A DNA stretch of 23,332 nt from an uncultured Chloroflexia bacterium (GCA_963726245.1 CAVSBT010000006.1:1-23332), one strand, 5' to 3'; counted from the first letter of the stretch, positions 8,713-17,895 are shown. A program made the numbers and translations. The notes: a model not told the origin generated them from the letters alone.

Positions 8713-9405
8713 TTAGGAAAGGACGATGCGCGCGTCCACCGCCAGGGCGCCGTCCTTGTAGGCGAAGATGGGGTTGAGGTCCAGCTCGGAGATCTCCGGC
8801 TGCTGCTCCACGAACTCGGAGAGGCGCAGGAGAAGGCTCTCCAGGGCGGCCAGGTCGGCGGGGTCCTGGCCGCGGTAGCCCTCCAGCAGCGGGAAGCCCT
8901 TGATCTCGTGGATCATCTGGCGGGCGTCGCGCTGGGCGATGGGTACGATGCGGAAGGAGACGTCCTTCAGCACCTCCACCAGGACGCCGCCCAGGCCGAA
9001 CATGATGACCGGCCCGAACTGGGGGTCCGTGCTCATGCCCACGATGACCTCGATGCCCGGCCGCGCCATCTGCTGCACCGAGACGCCGTCGATGGTGGCA
9101 TCGGGCGCGGCGCGGCGGGCGGCGGCCGTGATCTCGTCGAAGGCGGCGGCCACCTCCTCCGGCGACTTGAGGTCCAGCTTGACGCCGCCGACGTCGCTCT
9201 TGTGGCTGATCTGGGGAGACACGACCTTGAGGACCACCGGGAAGCCGATGTCGCGGGCGGCCTGCACAGCGGCGTCGCGGCTGGTCGCCAGGCGCGCGCG
9301 GGCGGTAGGGATGCCCGCCTCCTCCAGTAGCTGCTTGGACTCGACTTCGGTGAGGATCTTGCGGCCCTGGGTGCGGGCTCGGTCGATGATGGCGGCGGTC
9401 GACAT
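8713..9405 (-). CDS. ADP-forming acetate/acyl-CoA ligase beta (ATP-grasp) subunit
   Basis: LTEVESKQLL, IGFPVVLKVVSPQISHKSDVGGV, DPQFGPVIMFGLGG, ELDLNP, AVDARI. Lies immediately upstream of the alpha subunit. Confidence 0.92.
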   Translation of the reverse strand: MSTAAIIDRARTQGRKILTEVESKQLLEEAGIPTARARLATSRDAAVQAARDIGFPVVLKVVSPQISHKSDVGGVKLDLKSPEEVAAAFDEITAAARRAAPDATIDGVSVQQMARPGIEVIVGMSTDPQFGPVIMFGLGGVLVEVLKDVSFRIVPIAQRDARQMIHEIKGFPLLEGYRGQDPADLAALESLLLRLSEFVEQQPEISELDLNPIFAYKDGALAVDARIVLS

Positions 9406-9550
9406 GCTACTGTGCTCCCTGGGTGAGGGTGTTCGCGCGGACGCCGGCGGCAGAGGCCTGCGGCGGAAAGCGAGCCTAATGATAGGGGACAGGTGCGGCG
9501 CGGGTCAACGAAGCGTTGCGGCCGGTTCGCGGTGGTGGGAGAACCCTCCA

Positions 9551-9610
9551 CCCCCGCCTGAAGGCGGGGGCATGCGTTCGCCTCTTGATGCCCCAGCCTT
9601 GAGGCTGGGG
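9551..9610. repeat. Inverted doublet of 20-bp hairpins (REP/IS200-IS605-end-like)
   Basis: CCCCCGCC-TGAA-GGCGGGGG (9551-9570) and CCCCAGCC-TTGA-GGCTGGGG (9591-9610). The second is an inverted copy of the first with a compensatory stem change. Confidence 0.65.
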
Positions 9611-9730
9611 TCGCGCCCGGATTTGGTGCGTGCGCTGCCCCGGCCTGGCCCGCAGAATTGACTTCCCGCCCTACGAGTAGCACTATCGCCGGAGGTAGGC
9701 GTCTCCTGCGTTGCGAATTGGAGGGGTCAC

Positions 9731-10501
9731 ATGGGGCTGGAAGGCAAGGTGGCCATCGTCACGGGCAGCAGCCGCGGTGTCGGCAAGAACATCGCCCTTG
9801 AGCTGGCGAGGGCCGGCGCCGACATCGTTGTCGCCGCCCGCAGCGAGCAGGTCAGGGACCCCAAGCTCCCCGGCACTATCTTCGACACGGCGGAGGAGAT
9901 CAGGGCCCTCGGTCGCCGCGCCCTTGCCGTGCGCACCGACGTGACTGACGAGGAATCGATCGAGGCCATGGTGGGCCGTAGCCTGGAGGAGTTCGGGCGC
10001 ATAGACATCCTGGTCAACAACGCCGGCATCATGGCCCCTGGTCCCCTGGTGGACGTGGCTCTCAAGCGCTGGGACGTGGTGATGCGCGTCAACGTGCGCG
10101 GTCCCGTCGCCTGCAGCCGGGCCGTGTGGCCCCACATGATGGAGCGTCGGGACGGCGTCATCATCAACATCTCCTCCATCGCCGCCGACCGGCCTGGGGG
10201 CGGGAACATCTCCTACAGCGTCAGCAAGCAGGCCCTGCGCAAGTTCAGCGAGGGCCTGGCCGAGGAGGGCAAGCCGTACAACATCCGCGTCTTCGCCCTC
10301 TCGCCCGAGGGCCTGGTGATCACGCCCGGCACGATGTACCATCGCCTGGCCGATCAGGTGCCGAGCGGACCCGCCGTGGAGGACCCGGAGGTAATGGGGC
10401 AGGCTGCTGTCTTCCTCTGCGGCGACGCCGCCCGCGAGCTGACGGGCCGCCACTTCTACAGCCGCGCCCTCCTCCGAGAGCGAGGCCTGCTCAAGACATA
10501 A
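9731..10501 (+). CDS. Short-chain dehydrogenase/reductase (classical SDR)
   Basis: TGSSRGVG, IDILVNNAG, INISS and YSVSK catalytic motifs. GGAGG ribosome-binding site upstream. Confidence 0.93.
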   Translation: MGLEGKVAIVTGSSRGVGKNIALELARAGADIVVAARSEQVRDPKLPGTIFDTAEEIRALGRRALAVRTDVTDEESIEAMVGRSLEEFGRIDILVNNAGIMAPGPLVDVALKRWDVVMRVNVRGPVACSRAVWPHMMERRDGVIINISSIAADRPGGGNISYSVSKQALRKFSEGLAEEGKPYNIRVFALSPEGLVITPGTMYHRLADQVPSGPAVEDPEVMGQAAVFLCGDAARELTGRHFYSRALLRERGLLKT

Positions 10502-10642
10502 CGGCGGGCGGCGAGGACGCGTGCCAGCCGAAGGGATTCGCGGCCGGCGGGACTCAGCTTTGACCACCCCGTATCCGCTATACTGTTCTTAGAGGGGTTC
10601 GAGTCCCGCAGCTAGCCTGAGGAAAGGGATGTCTACCCCCGA

Positions 10643-11761
10643 ATGTCGTTCTTTGCACTGATCGCGCGCAACGTCTTCACCCGCAAGCTGCGCTCGTCGC
10701 TGACCGGCGTCGCCGTGGCGATCGGCATCATGACGGTGGTAGCGCTGGGCGTGCTCACCCACAGCCTCCGCCTGACGGCAGTCTCGGTTCTGCAAACCGG
10801 CAAAGCCGACTTCACGGTCGCCCAGAAGGGCGTCTCGGATGTCGTGTACAGCGCGATGGATGAGCCGCAGGTGGAACGCATCAAGTCGTACCCCCAAGTG
10901 GACAACGTCGTCGGCGTCCTCGTCGCGGCGGTGAAGCTGGACTCGGGCCATCCCTTCTTCCTTGAGCTCGGCATACCGCCCGACCAACTGGCGAACTTCG
11001 GCGTGCAGGTGGTGAGCGGGACGGCGTACCAGCCCGATGCGACTGACCAGGTGATGCTCGGCTATCGCGCCGCCGAGGACCTGCACAAGACAATCGGCGA
11101 CATGATCACGATAGATATGAACGACTACCGCGTCGTGGGCATCTACTCGATTGGAAACGTCTTCGGCGACTCGGCGTCGATGCTGCCGCTCACGCAGCTC
11201 CAGGGGGCCGAGCGCAAGCCGGGCAGCGTCACGCTCGCCTTCGTGAAGGTGAAGCCGGGGACCGACATCCCTGCCCTGCGCGCAATGATTGAGAAAGACA
11301 ACCCTGCGATCGCGACGGTGCGCACCGAATCGGAGTTCGGCCGCGTGGATCGGAACCTGAGTCTGATCAGCGCCGCCAACGTGGCCACATCGATCCTGGC
11401 TCTCGTCATCGGCGCCATCGGCGTCATGAACACGATGATGATGTCCGTGTTCGAGCGCACGCGAGAGTTCGGCGTGCTGCGGGCGGTAGGCTGGACACGG
11501 GCGCGCGTGCTCGGACTGGTGATGGGCGAGGCGGTCCTCATCAGCCTGGCGGGAGCGGCCGTCGGCCTCGCCATGGGCTACGTCGCCATCCGGTTGATCG
11601 AGCACGTGCCGCAGGTGGTGGGCGTCTTTCAGCCGGACTATCCAGCGAGCATCTTCGGGCGCGCCCTCGGCATCGCGATTGGCATGGCGTTCATCGGCGC
11701 CTTCTATCCCGCCGTGCGCGCCGCGCTGCTGGCGCCGATGGAGGCGCTACGGCATGAGTGA
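10643..11761 (+). CDS. ABC transporter permease, MacB/FtsX type
   Basis: N-terminal TM helix, extracytoplasmic domain, IGVMNTMMMSVFERTREFGVLRAVGW, and terminal [18 protein letters not shown]. Confidence 0.93.
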   Translation: MSFFALIARNVFTRKLRSSLTGVAVAIGIMTVVALGVLTHSLRLTAVSVLQTGKADFTVAQKGVSDVVYSAMDEPQVERIKSYPQVDNVVGVLVAAVKLDSGHPFFLELGIPPDQLANFGVQVVSGTAYQPDATDQVMLGYRAAEDLHKTIGDMITIDMNDYRVVGIYSIGNVFGDSASMLPLTQLQGAERKPGSVTLAFVKVKPGTDIPALRAMIEKDNPAIATVRTESEFGRVDRNLSLISAANVATSILALVIGAIGVMNTMMMSVFERTREFGVLRAVGWTRARVLGLVMGEAVLISLAGAAVGLAMGYVAIRLIEHVPQVVGVFQPDYPASIFGRALGIAIGMAFIGAFYPAVRAALLAPMEALRHE

Positions 11762-12493
11762 GGGAACGCGGCCCCCGGCCGCCATCCAGACGTTCGATGT
11801 CGTCAAGGTGTTCGACGGCGGCATCGTCCGCGCGCTCGACGGCGTGACGATGACGGTCGGTCGCGGCGAGTTTGTGGCGGTCATGGGACCGTCGGGCTGC
11901 GGCAAATCGACGCTCCTGCACCTTGTCGCCGCGCTCGACGTGCCTACCTCCGGCACAATCGTCGTCAACGGCCGCGACCTGCGGTCCGCCGGCAACGAGC
12001 GCTTCCGGCGCAGCGAGGTGGGACTGGTCTTCCAGTTGCACAACCTCTTGCCGCATCTCAACGCCTTGGAGAACGTTGTGATGCCGATGTTCAGCAACGG
12101 CAACGGTCACCGTGAGCAGCGCGAACGCGCCCGAGAACTGCTGAAGGCGGTGGACCTCTCGGCGAAGGAGAAGATGACGCCGCCCCGGCTCTCGGGCGGC
12201 GAGCGACAGCGGCTGGCGATCGCGCGCGCCCTCGCCAACCACCCGTCGATCATCCTCGCCGACGAGCCTACCGGCAGCCTCGACTCCGACGCGGCCGACC
12301 GCATCCTCGATCTCTTCCGCCGCATCCGCGAGGAGCAAGGCGTCACGATCTGCTCGTGACGCACGACATGCACGTGGCTCTTACTGCGGACCGCATCATG
12401 TACATGCGCGACGGTCGCATCGTCGGGGGCCCGGCGGCGGGGGCGCATCCGGTGGGCAGTGGTTCGCCCGTGCAAGACGCCGCCGGGGAGTGA
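11754..12493 (+). CDS. ABC transporter ATP-binding protein (LolD/MacB type), one frameshift near 12351
   Basis: [28 protein letters not shown]. The missing LVTHD...[12 protein letters not shown] continues in another frame to TGA 12493. The ATG overlaps the end of the permease. Confidence 0.9.
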
Positions 12494-12504
12494 CGAGGCG
12501 TCGG

Positions 12505-12720
12505 ATGGAGGAATCCGCCGGCGGGCCGGCCCGGCAGGAGCCGGACAAGCCGGCTCAGGAGGAGGAAGGGCAGCCGCCTTCGCGCCCGGAGCGGCGCGAG
12601 GAGCGCCGCGGCGCTGAGAGGCGGCGGATGGCCAAGCATGGGGCGGGCCTGCGTCGCGTCTACGCGGACGCCGTAAGGAAGCGGGCCGCCGCCGCTCGGA
12701 AGAAGCGACGGAAGGCCTGA
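12505..12720 (+). CDS. Small hypothetical protein with an acidic N-half and a basic C-half
   Basis: 71-aa ORF filling the gap between the ABC ATPase and the greA promoter, with GAGG upstream of the ATG. No family recognised. Confidence 0.45.
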   Translation: MEESAGGPARQEPDKPAQEEEGQPPSRPERREERRGAERRRMAKHGAGLRRVYADAVRKRAAAARKKRRKA

Positions 12721-12748
12721 GGCGTTTGCGGCGGGGCGGGCCAGCAGT

Positions 12749-12778
12749 TTGACAGTCCCCCAGGCGCCTCTCTACAAT
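12749..12778 (+). promoter_or_regulatory. Sigma70 promoter for greA
   Basis: TTGACA-18 nt-TACAAT, followed by a GGAGGAGGAGG RBS and ATG 12804. Confidence 0.8.
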
Positions 12779-12803
12779 CCAGAGATAGAGCGGAGGAGGA
12801 GGC

Positions 12804-13604
12804 ATGGTGTCGTCCGGCGAGGCTGTTCCCACGCTGACAGAGGCTGCGTCTCGTTATCTCGCCGCACTCCAGCCCAAGCAGCGACAGGAAAGCCAGCCAG
12901 AAGTCTACCGCTTCGTGCACTGGTACGGTGCCGAGAGGCGCACAGACGAGCTGCGAGGACACGACGTGTCCGCCTATGCCGAGGCTGTGGGCGCCAGCGC
13001 GGTCGATGGCTCTCAGCGCGTGGACATCCTTCGCGGCTTTCTGGCCTTTGCACGCAAGCAGGGCTTCACGGCCACCAACCTGGCAACGCACCTCCGGTTG
13101 CGCAAGACCGCAGCGCCGGCGGTCGGCGGCGGTGTCATTCGGGAGGTGCAGTTGACGGCCGACGGCCACGCCGCTCTCGTAGCCGAGCTAAAGAACCTGC
13201 GGGCTCAGCGACCTCGGGTGGCCGATGAGTTGCGGCTGGCCATGGCCGACAAGGACTTCCGTGAGAACGCGCCGCTGGATGCCGCGCGCGAGCATCAGGC
13301 GTACCTGGAGGCCCGAATCCGTGAGATCGAGGCTACCCTCAAGAATGCGATCATCGTCACCGGGGTGCCACAGTCCGACGCTCGCGTCGGCGTGGGGAGC
13401 GCGGTTCTGCTTCGCAATCTGAAGTCGGGCGCCGAAGTGCGCTACATCCTGGTTAGCCCTAGCGAGGTGAACCCCGCAGAGGGCAAGATCTCCTTCGCCT
13501 CGCCGGTGGGCAGAGCGCTGATGGAACGGGGCGCAGGCGAGGAAGTGGACGTGAAGGCGCCTGCCGGGACGCTCCGCTTTCGCATCGAGAGTGTCGAAGC
13601 CTGA
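12804..13604 (+). CDS. greA: Transcription elongation factor GreA with a ~110-aa N-terminal extension
   Basis: C-terminal LTADG...EL..L...RP...ADKDFRENA...ARIREIE...[14 protein letters not shown]...VKAPAG. Confidence 0.92.
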   Translation: MVSSGEAVPTLTEAASRYLAALQPKQRQESQPEVYRFVHWYGAERRTDELRGHDVSAYAEAVGASAVDGSQRVDILRGFLAFARKQGFTATNLATHLRLRKTAAPAVGGGVIREVQLTADGHAALVAELKNLRAQRPRVADELRLAMADKDFRENAPLDAAREHQAYLEARIREIEATLKNAIIVTGVPQSDARVGVGSAVLLRNLKSGAEVRYILVSPSEVNPAEGKISFASPVGRALMERGAGEEVDVKAPAGTLRFRIESVEA

Positions 13605-13648
13605 GGGCTTTCGTTGTCGACGCCCCGCGGGCTATTCAAGGGGAGACC

Positions 13649-14791
13649 ATGGCCACTACTCAGTACGAATACGTGCCAGGGCTGGCTGGAGTGCCGGCTG
13701 CGAAATCGTCCATCAGTGACATTGATGGGAAGCGAGGGATACTGAAGTACCGGGGTTACGCCATCCAGGAACTGGCCAAGAAGAGCAATTTCACGGAAAC
13801 GGCCTGGCTGGTGATCGAGGGTAACCTGCCTACCAATGACGAATACGTTCAGTTCGACGCCGATCTCCGGCATCGCCGGAACATCACGTTCCGGATTCGC
13901 GACATCCTGATGAGCCTGCCGGCGACGGGCCACCCCATGGAGGCCCTCCAGGCCGGTGTCGCCGCCTTCGGGATGTTCTACCCCAAGGACATTCATGACC
14001 CGGAGCTGAACTACCAGTCGGGCGTGCGGCTCATCGCCAAGCTCCCCACGATTGTTGCCGCCAACCACCGCATTCGCAACGGCGACGACCCCATCATTCC
14101 CCGAGACGACTTGGAGCACGGCGCCAACTTCCTCTATATGCTCAGCGGCGAAGAGCCGGACCCAAACATCGCCAAGATCTTCGATGTCTGCCTGGTCCTG
14201 CATGCCGAGCACACCATCAACGCTTCCACTTTCAACGCCATGGTGACGGCCAGCACCCTGGCCGACCCCTACACTGTCATCTCTTCGGCCATCGGCGCGC
14301 TCAGCGGGCCGCTGCACGGCGGCGCCAACGAGCGGGTCCTGGAGATGTTAAAGGAGATAGGCTCCGTCGAGAACGCCCGGCCCTACATCGAGAAGAAGAT
14401 CCGCAACAAAGAGGTCATCATGGGCATGGGGCACCGCGAGTACAAGACCATGGACCCGCGGGCGACCATCCTCAAGGGCCTGTGCAAGAAGCTCTTCGGC
14501 AAGTTTGGCTCGACGCCTCTCTATGACATAGCCGAGGAAGTGGAGAGGGTAATGGCGGAGGCGGTCGGCCCCAAGGGTGTCTGGCCCAACGTCGACTTCT
14601 ACTCCGGCATCCTCTACGACAAGATGGGCATCCCGACGGACCTCTTCACGCCCGTCTTTGCCGTCGCGCGTGTGGCAGGCTGGGTAGCCCACTGGCGCGA
14701 GCAGATCGCCGACAACCGCATCCTGCGACCCACTCAGATCTACGTGGGGGAATCGGACCGCAAGTACCTGCCCATGGAGCAGCGCCGCTAA
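13649..14791 (+). CDS. gltA: Citrate synthase (Si-type, short form)
   Basis: YRGY, LHAEHTINASTF, GPLHGGANE, MGMGHREYK, PNVDFYSG, RILRP motifs. Methylcitrate synthase activity cannot be excluded. Confidence 0.9.
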   Translation: MATTQYEYVPGLAGVPAAKSSISDIDGKRGILKYRGYAIQELAKKSNFTETAWLVIEGNLPTNDEYVQFDADLRHRRNITFRIRDILMSLPATGHPMEALQAGVAAFGMFYPKDIHDPELNYQSGVRLIAKLPTIVAANHRIRNGDDPIIPRDDLEHGANFLYMLSGEEPDPNIAKIFDVCLVLHAEHTINASTFNAMVTASTLADPYTVISSAIGALSGPLHGGANERVLEMLKEIGSVENARPYIEKKIRNKEVIMGMGHREYKTMDPRATILKGLCKKLFGKFGSTPLYDIAEEVERVMAEAVGPKGVWPNVDFYSGILYDKMGIPTDLFTPVFAVARVAGWVAHWREQIADNRILRPTQIYVGESDRKYLPMEQRR

Positions 14792-14811
14792 TCATCCAGT
14801 TGCTCCTGCCG

Positions 14812-14844
14812 AAAGGGGTGGCACCGTTACGTGCCACCCTTTTT
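14812..14844 (+). terminator. Rho-independent terminator after citrate synthase
   Basis: GGGTGGCAC-cgttac-GTGCCACCC stem-loop followed by TTTTT. Confidence 0.85.
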
Positions 14845-15330
14845 GTACGTCCGAGGCATCCGTCGCAGGGCCTGCCGACGTACTAGATAATGAGTACTAG
14901 CCATGATAGGGCATTACTTCCGCAATCACGTGAACGGTCAACTAGATGGAGGCGAGGGTGCCCGTCTGGTAGCCGCATACCGGCCGAGGCCTGCTTGCCA
15001 GGAACCCGCCCCTCGGCCGGGCCGCATTCTCCGCTGTGGGCGGCGCGGGTGGCCGGTCAGGGAGGACCTGGGGCCACCGGCGCCGCTCGCTCCGGCCGCT
15101 GACCACCGCGGGCCCGGTGCGGGCGCCGTGGTTGAACAAACGTGACCTAGAACCTCCCACGGGTCGAATGTGGGGCCGGCTCCACCGGTTGGGAAGAGAG
15201 GACTGGACAGAGGTAGGTGGGGGGTCGGCCCCACACCATGTCTCCCCCTACCTTAGGCGCCTTCCCACTTGCGGTCGACCCCTTCACGTCGGGGTCTCAA
15301 GATCCCGACAGATTCACTCCATCCTAGCCG

Positions 15331-15365
15331 AAAAAGGGGCGGACGGAGCTTGAAGCTCCGTCCTT
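15331..15365 (-). terminator. Probable terminator after the DUF4349 gene
   Basis: GGACGGAGCT/AGCTCCGTCC hairpin (15341-15363), with a T5 run a few bases downstream on the minus strand. Confidence 0.6.
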
Positions 15366-15376
15366 ACGGCCTGGTT

Positions 15377-16273
15377 TCACACGGGGTCGAGGACTATTGT
15401 TTGCTCGCGCCGCTCCGGGCGGGGGCTCAGCTTCCTGCCGATCACTGCCAGCACCACGAGCACGGGCACAAGCCACCACGAGAAGGCCGCCACGGCGACG
15501 ACCGCCGTCGCGATGACCCGCAGCGTCTTGAGCGAGGCATCCCATGCTGCCCGGGCAGCCTCGGCAGGATTCGCGTTTCCGGACCCTGAGGACGAGACGG
15601 CTTCAGGGTGCAGGTGTACCGTGACCGTTGACATATCAGACAGGTTATCTAACAGGTTGATGCGCCCCTGCACGGTCTCAATGTCGGCGCGGACGGAGTT
15701 CAGCCGGTCCTGGACCTGAAGCACCTCAGCGGTGTCCTTGGTCCCCTTCATGAACTCAAGATACTGCGCCTCGGTGGCCTGCAAGTTGCGAAGCCGGGAG
15801 CCCAGGTCGGTGTACTCCTGCGTCACGTCGTTGGCCTGCGACTGCTCGTTCTCCACCTTCACGGCCAGACCGCGAAGGGAAGCCAGCACCTCATCGAATC
15901 GCGCGGCGGGCACGCGGATGGTGATGGAAGCCACCTGCTGCTCGCCCTGGTCTGAAAAGCTTGAACTGGTCACGAAGCCGCCGGCCCCGGCCGCGATGCG
16001 TCCCACCTCCTGGAACGCCTCACCTACTGCCTTAACCTGGAGGCTCACGGAGGCCGTTTGCGTAATCTTGCGGTCAACGGATGCACTGGCCACCTGCGCA
16101 GAGCCGTTGTCGCCGGGTTGCGCGGCTGTCTCGCTGGTCGCGGGCGAGGAACCGGCGAGGTCCGACGATGTCTCTTGGCTGGGGCTACGCGTGACCTCGC
16201 CGCCGCAGCCGGACGCCATCAGGGGCAACAGAGCCGCAGCCAGCAGGAGAACGGTCAGGGCGATTCTCTTCAC
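15377..16273 (-). CDS. DUF4349-domain lipoprotein
   Basis: GTG start after GAGAGGAG, signal peptide with lipobox (MKRIALTVLLL...ASGC), then RKITQTASVSLQV, GGFV, ITIRVPA, DVTQEYTDL and a C-terminal TM segment. Confidence 0.85.
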   Translation of the reverse strand: MKRIALTVLLLAAALLPLMASGCGGEVTRSPSQETSSDLAGSSPATSETAAQPGDNGSAQVASASVDRKITQTASVSLQVKAVGEAFQEVGRIAAGAGGFVTSSSFSDQGEQQVASITIRVPAARFDEVLASLRGLAVKVENEQSQANDVTQEYTDLGSRLRNLQATEAQYLEFMKGTKDTAEVLQVQDRLNSVRADIETVQGRINLLDNLSDMSTVTVHLHPEAVSSSGSGNANPAEAARAAWDASLKTLRVIATAVVAVAAFSWWLVPVLVVLAVIGRKLSPRPERREQTIVLDPV

Positions 16274-16541
16274 AATGGTCTCCTCTCGCGAGCCGCTGCC
16301 TCCGTGTCCTTCCGGGGCAACCACGTGCATTATCAGCCCCGACGCCCCGAATCTTAACCAGTAATCCCCCTATTGTCAGCGGGCGAGCCCCGCAAGTGGG
16401 CGGCCACCCCTTAGGCAATGTCGCGTTTCCGCCGTGGGCGCCTTCCCACTTGCAGCCGACTCTCGCAGAGTACACAATACTTCTATCGCGGAATGGCGCG
16501 CGGCGGTATTGACTGTCCTCCTGAGGGGAGGCCGCTTGTAG

Positions 16542-17291
16542 ATGACCAAGGCCGGCAAGCAACCACTGGAGCTTTGCTTCCTCGGCACCGGCAACGCCTT
16601 CGCGCCTCAGCGCTACTGGAGCTCCTTCCTCCTCAATGACCGCTACCTCTTCGACTGTCCTCCCACCGCCCTAGCCCACCTCAAGAAGGCCGGTAAACCG
16701 CCGGAGGACATCCGGGCGATCTTCATCAGCCACTTCCACGGCGACCACTTCTTCGGCCTGCCCTTCCTGCTTCTCGAGTACGGCGAGCTGACACCCCGGA
16801 GCGAGGACCTCTTCATCGTCGGGCCGCCGCTAATCCAGGAGAAGCTGGAGTGCATGACAGACCTGGGTTTCCCCGGCCTCTTCGACAGGAGCCGCGGTTA
16901 CCGGCGCTTGTACGTGGAGGCGAAAGACGGCGTGTCGGGCGAGGCCGGCGACATACGCTTTCGGGCGCAGCTCGTGGAGCACGTGGGCAACCTGGAGTGC
17001 TTTGGCTATCGGGTGGAGATCGATGGCCGCGCCGTCGCCTACTCGGGTGACACCGTCATGAGCGACGCCTTATACAAGCTTGCCGACGGCGCCGACGTCT
17101 TCGTGGTGGAGTGCTCCTGCTGGGGGCCGTACTGCGGTCCCCACCTGGGCCCCAGCGACATCCGCACTCTGCGCAAGGCGATTCCTCCCAGCACCGTCTT
17201 CGTTCTCACGCACCTGGACGCCGGCGAGGGAAACCTGCAAGACCTGGAAGGCGTCGTTCTCGCCGAGGACTTTGGGGTCTACAGGCTGTAG
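16542..17291 (+). CDS. MBL-fold metallo-hydrolase, RNase Z-like
   Basis: FLGTG, LFDC, ISHFHGDHFFGLP (HxHxDH), YSGDT, ECS, LTH. Confidence 0.88.
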   Translation: MTKAGKQPLELCFLGTGNAFAPQRYWSSFLLNDRYLFDCPPTALAHLKKAGKPPEDIRAIFISHFHGDHFFGLPFLLLEYGELTPRSEDLFIVGPPLIQEKLECMTDLGFPGLFDRSRGYRRLYVEAKDGVSGEAGDIRFRAQLVEHVGNLECFGYRVEIDGRAVAYSGDTVMSDALYKLADGADVFVVECSCWGPYCGPHLGPSDIRTLRKAIPPSTVFVLTHLDAGEGNLQDLEGVVLAEDFGVYRL

Positions 17292-17430
17292 GCCCTGTTG
17301 ATAAGCCCACCTATTCTGTCTGGTTGCATACGGCATCCTGAGCTGGTCGAAGGACAGCCCCAGAGGGCGCCAAGAGGCCCGCTGCATCCTTGCGGCGGGC
17401 CTTGCGATTCTACGTCTGGTCCAGAGTGTG

Positions 17431-17787
17431 CTAGTGGCAGCTCCGCGCCGTGCCGGAATGGTCCGCTGTCTGGAAGCTGCTTCCGCAGGCGCAGGTCTTC
17501 GCGGCATTCGGGTTGAAGATGGTGAACCCGCTCTTCATCACGTCTTCCAGGTAGTCGATCTCCGCCCCTTCCAGGAGTGGCGCGCTCTCGGGGTCCACGA
17601 GCAGCTTCACGCCGCGTTCCTCGAGGACCAAGTCCCCGTCCTCCTCCGTCTGGGCTAGGGCCATGCCGTACTGGTAGCCGGAGCAACCGCCGCCCACTAC
17701 AAAGACCCGCAGAGCGCCCTGAGCCAGCCCCTTCTCTTCGAGGAGGCGCTGGGCCTTCTCTGCAGCCTTCTCGCTTATGCTCAACAT
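17431..17787 (-). CDS. erpA: A-type Fe-S cluster carrier (ErpA/IscA/HesB)
   Basis: GGGCSGYQY, IDY, NPNA..TCACGSSF. AGGAGGAGG RBS. Confidence 0.93.
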   Translation of the reverse strand: MLSISEKAAEKAQRLLEEKGLAQGALRVFVVGGGCSGYQYGMALAQTEEDGDLVLEERGVKLLVDPESAPLLEGAEIDYLEDVMKSGFTIFNPNAAKTCACGSSFQTADHSGTARSCH

Positions 17788-17865
17788 CTCGCCCGTTCCT
17801 CCTCCTGGCGCTCCGGCGGCCCGTCGCGGCTTCGAAAACGTTTGGCTTTTAGGAATTCAACACTT

Positions 17866-17895
17866 ATTATAACTGCCTTACGCCGGCCGTGTCCA
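17866..17895 (-). promoter_or_regulatory. Putative sigma70 promoter for erpA
   Basis: TGGACA-18 nt-TATAAT on the minus strand, ~80 nt upstream of the ATG. Confidence 0.6.

Noticed and set aside
10595-10607. GGGTTCGAGTCCC, a tRNA T-arm-like sequence (possible att remnant)
   Set aside because: Only a 3-bp stem; no acceptor, D or anticodon arms, and no second copy in the window.
16290-16325. CCGGAAGG...GCAGC on the minus strand, SRP RNA-like
   Set aside because: Lacks the CAGG-CCGGAAGG-AGCA helix 8 geometry and lies in the leader of the DUF4349 gene.
16380-16466. GGGAAGG-containing hairpin considered as a cobalamin or c-di-GMP riboswitch
   Set aside because: No GCCACTG/B12-box or GEMM core motifs; better explained as dyad repeats.
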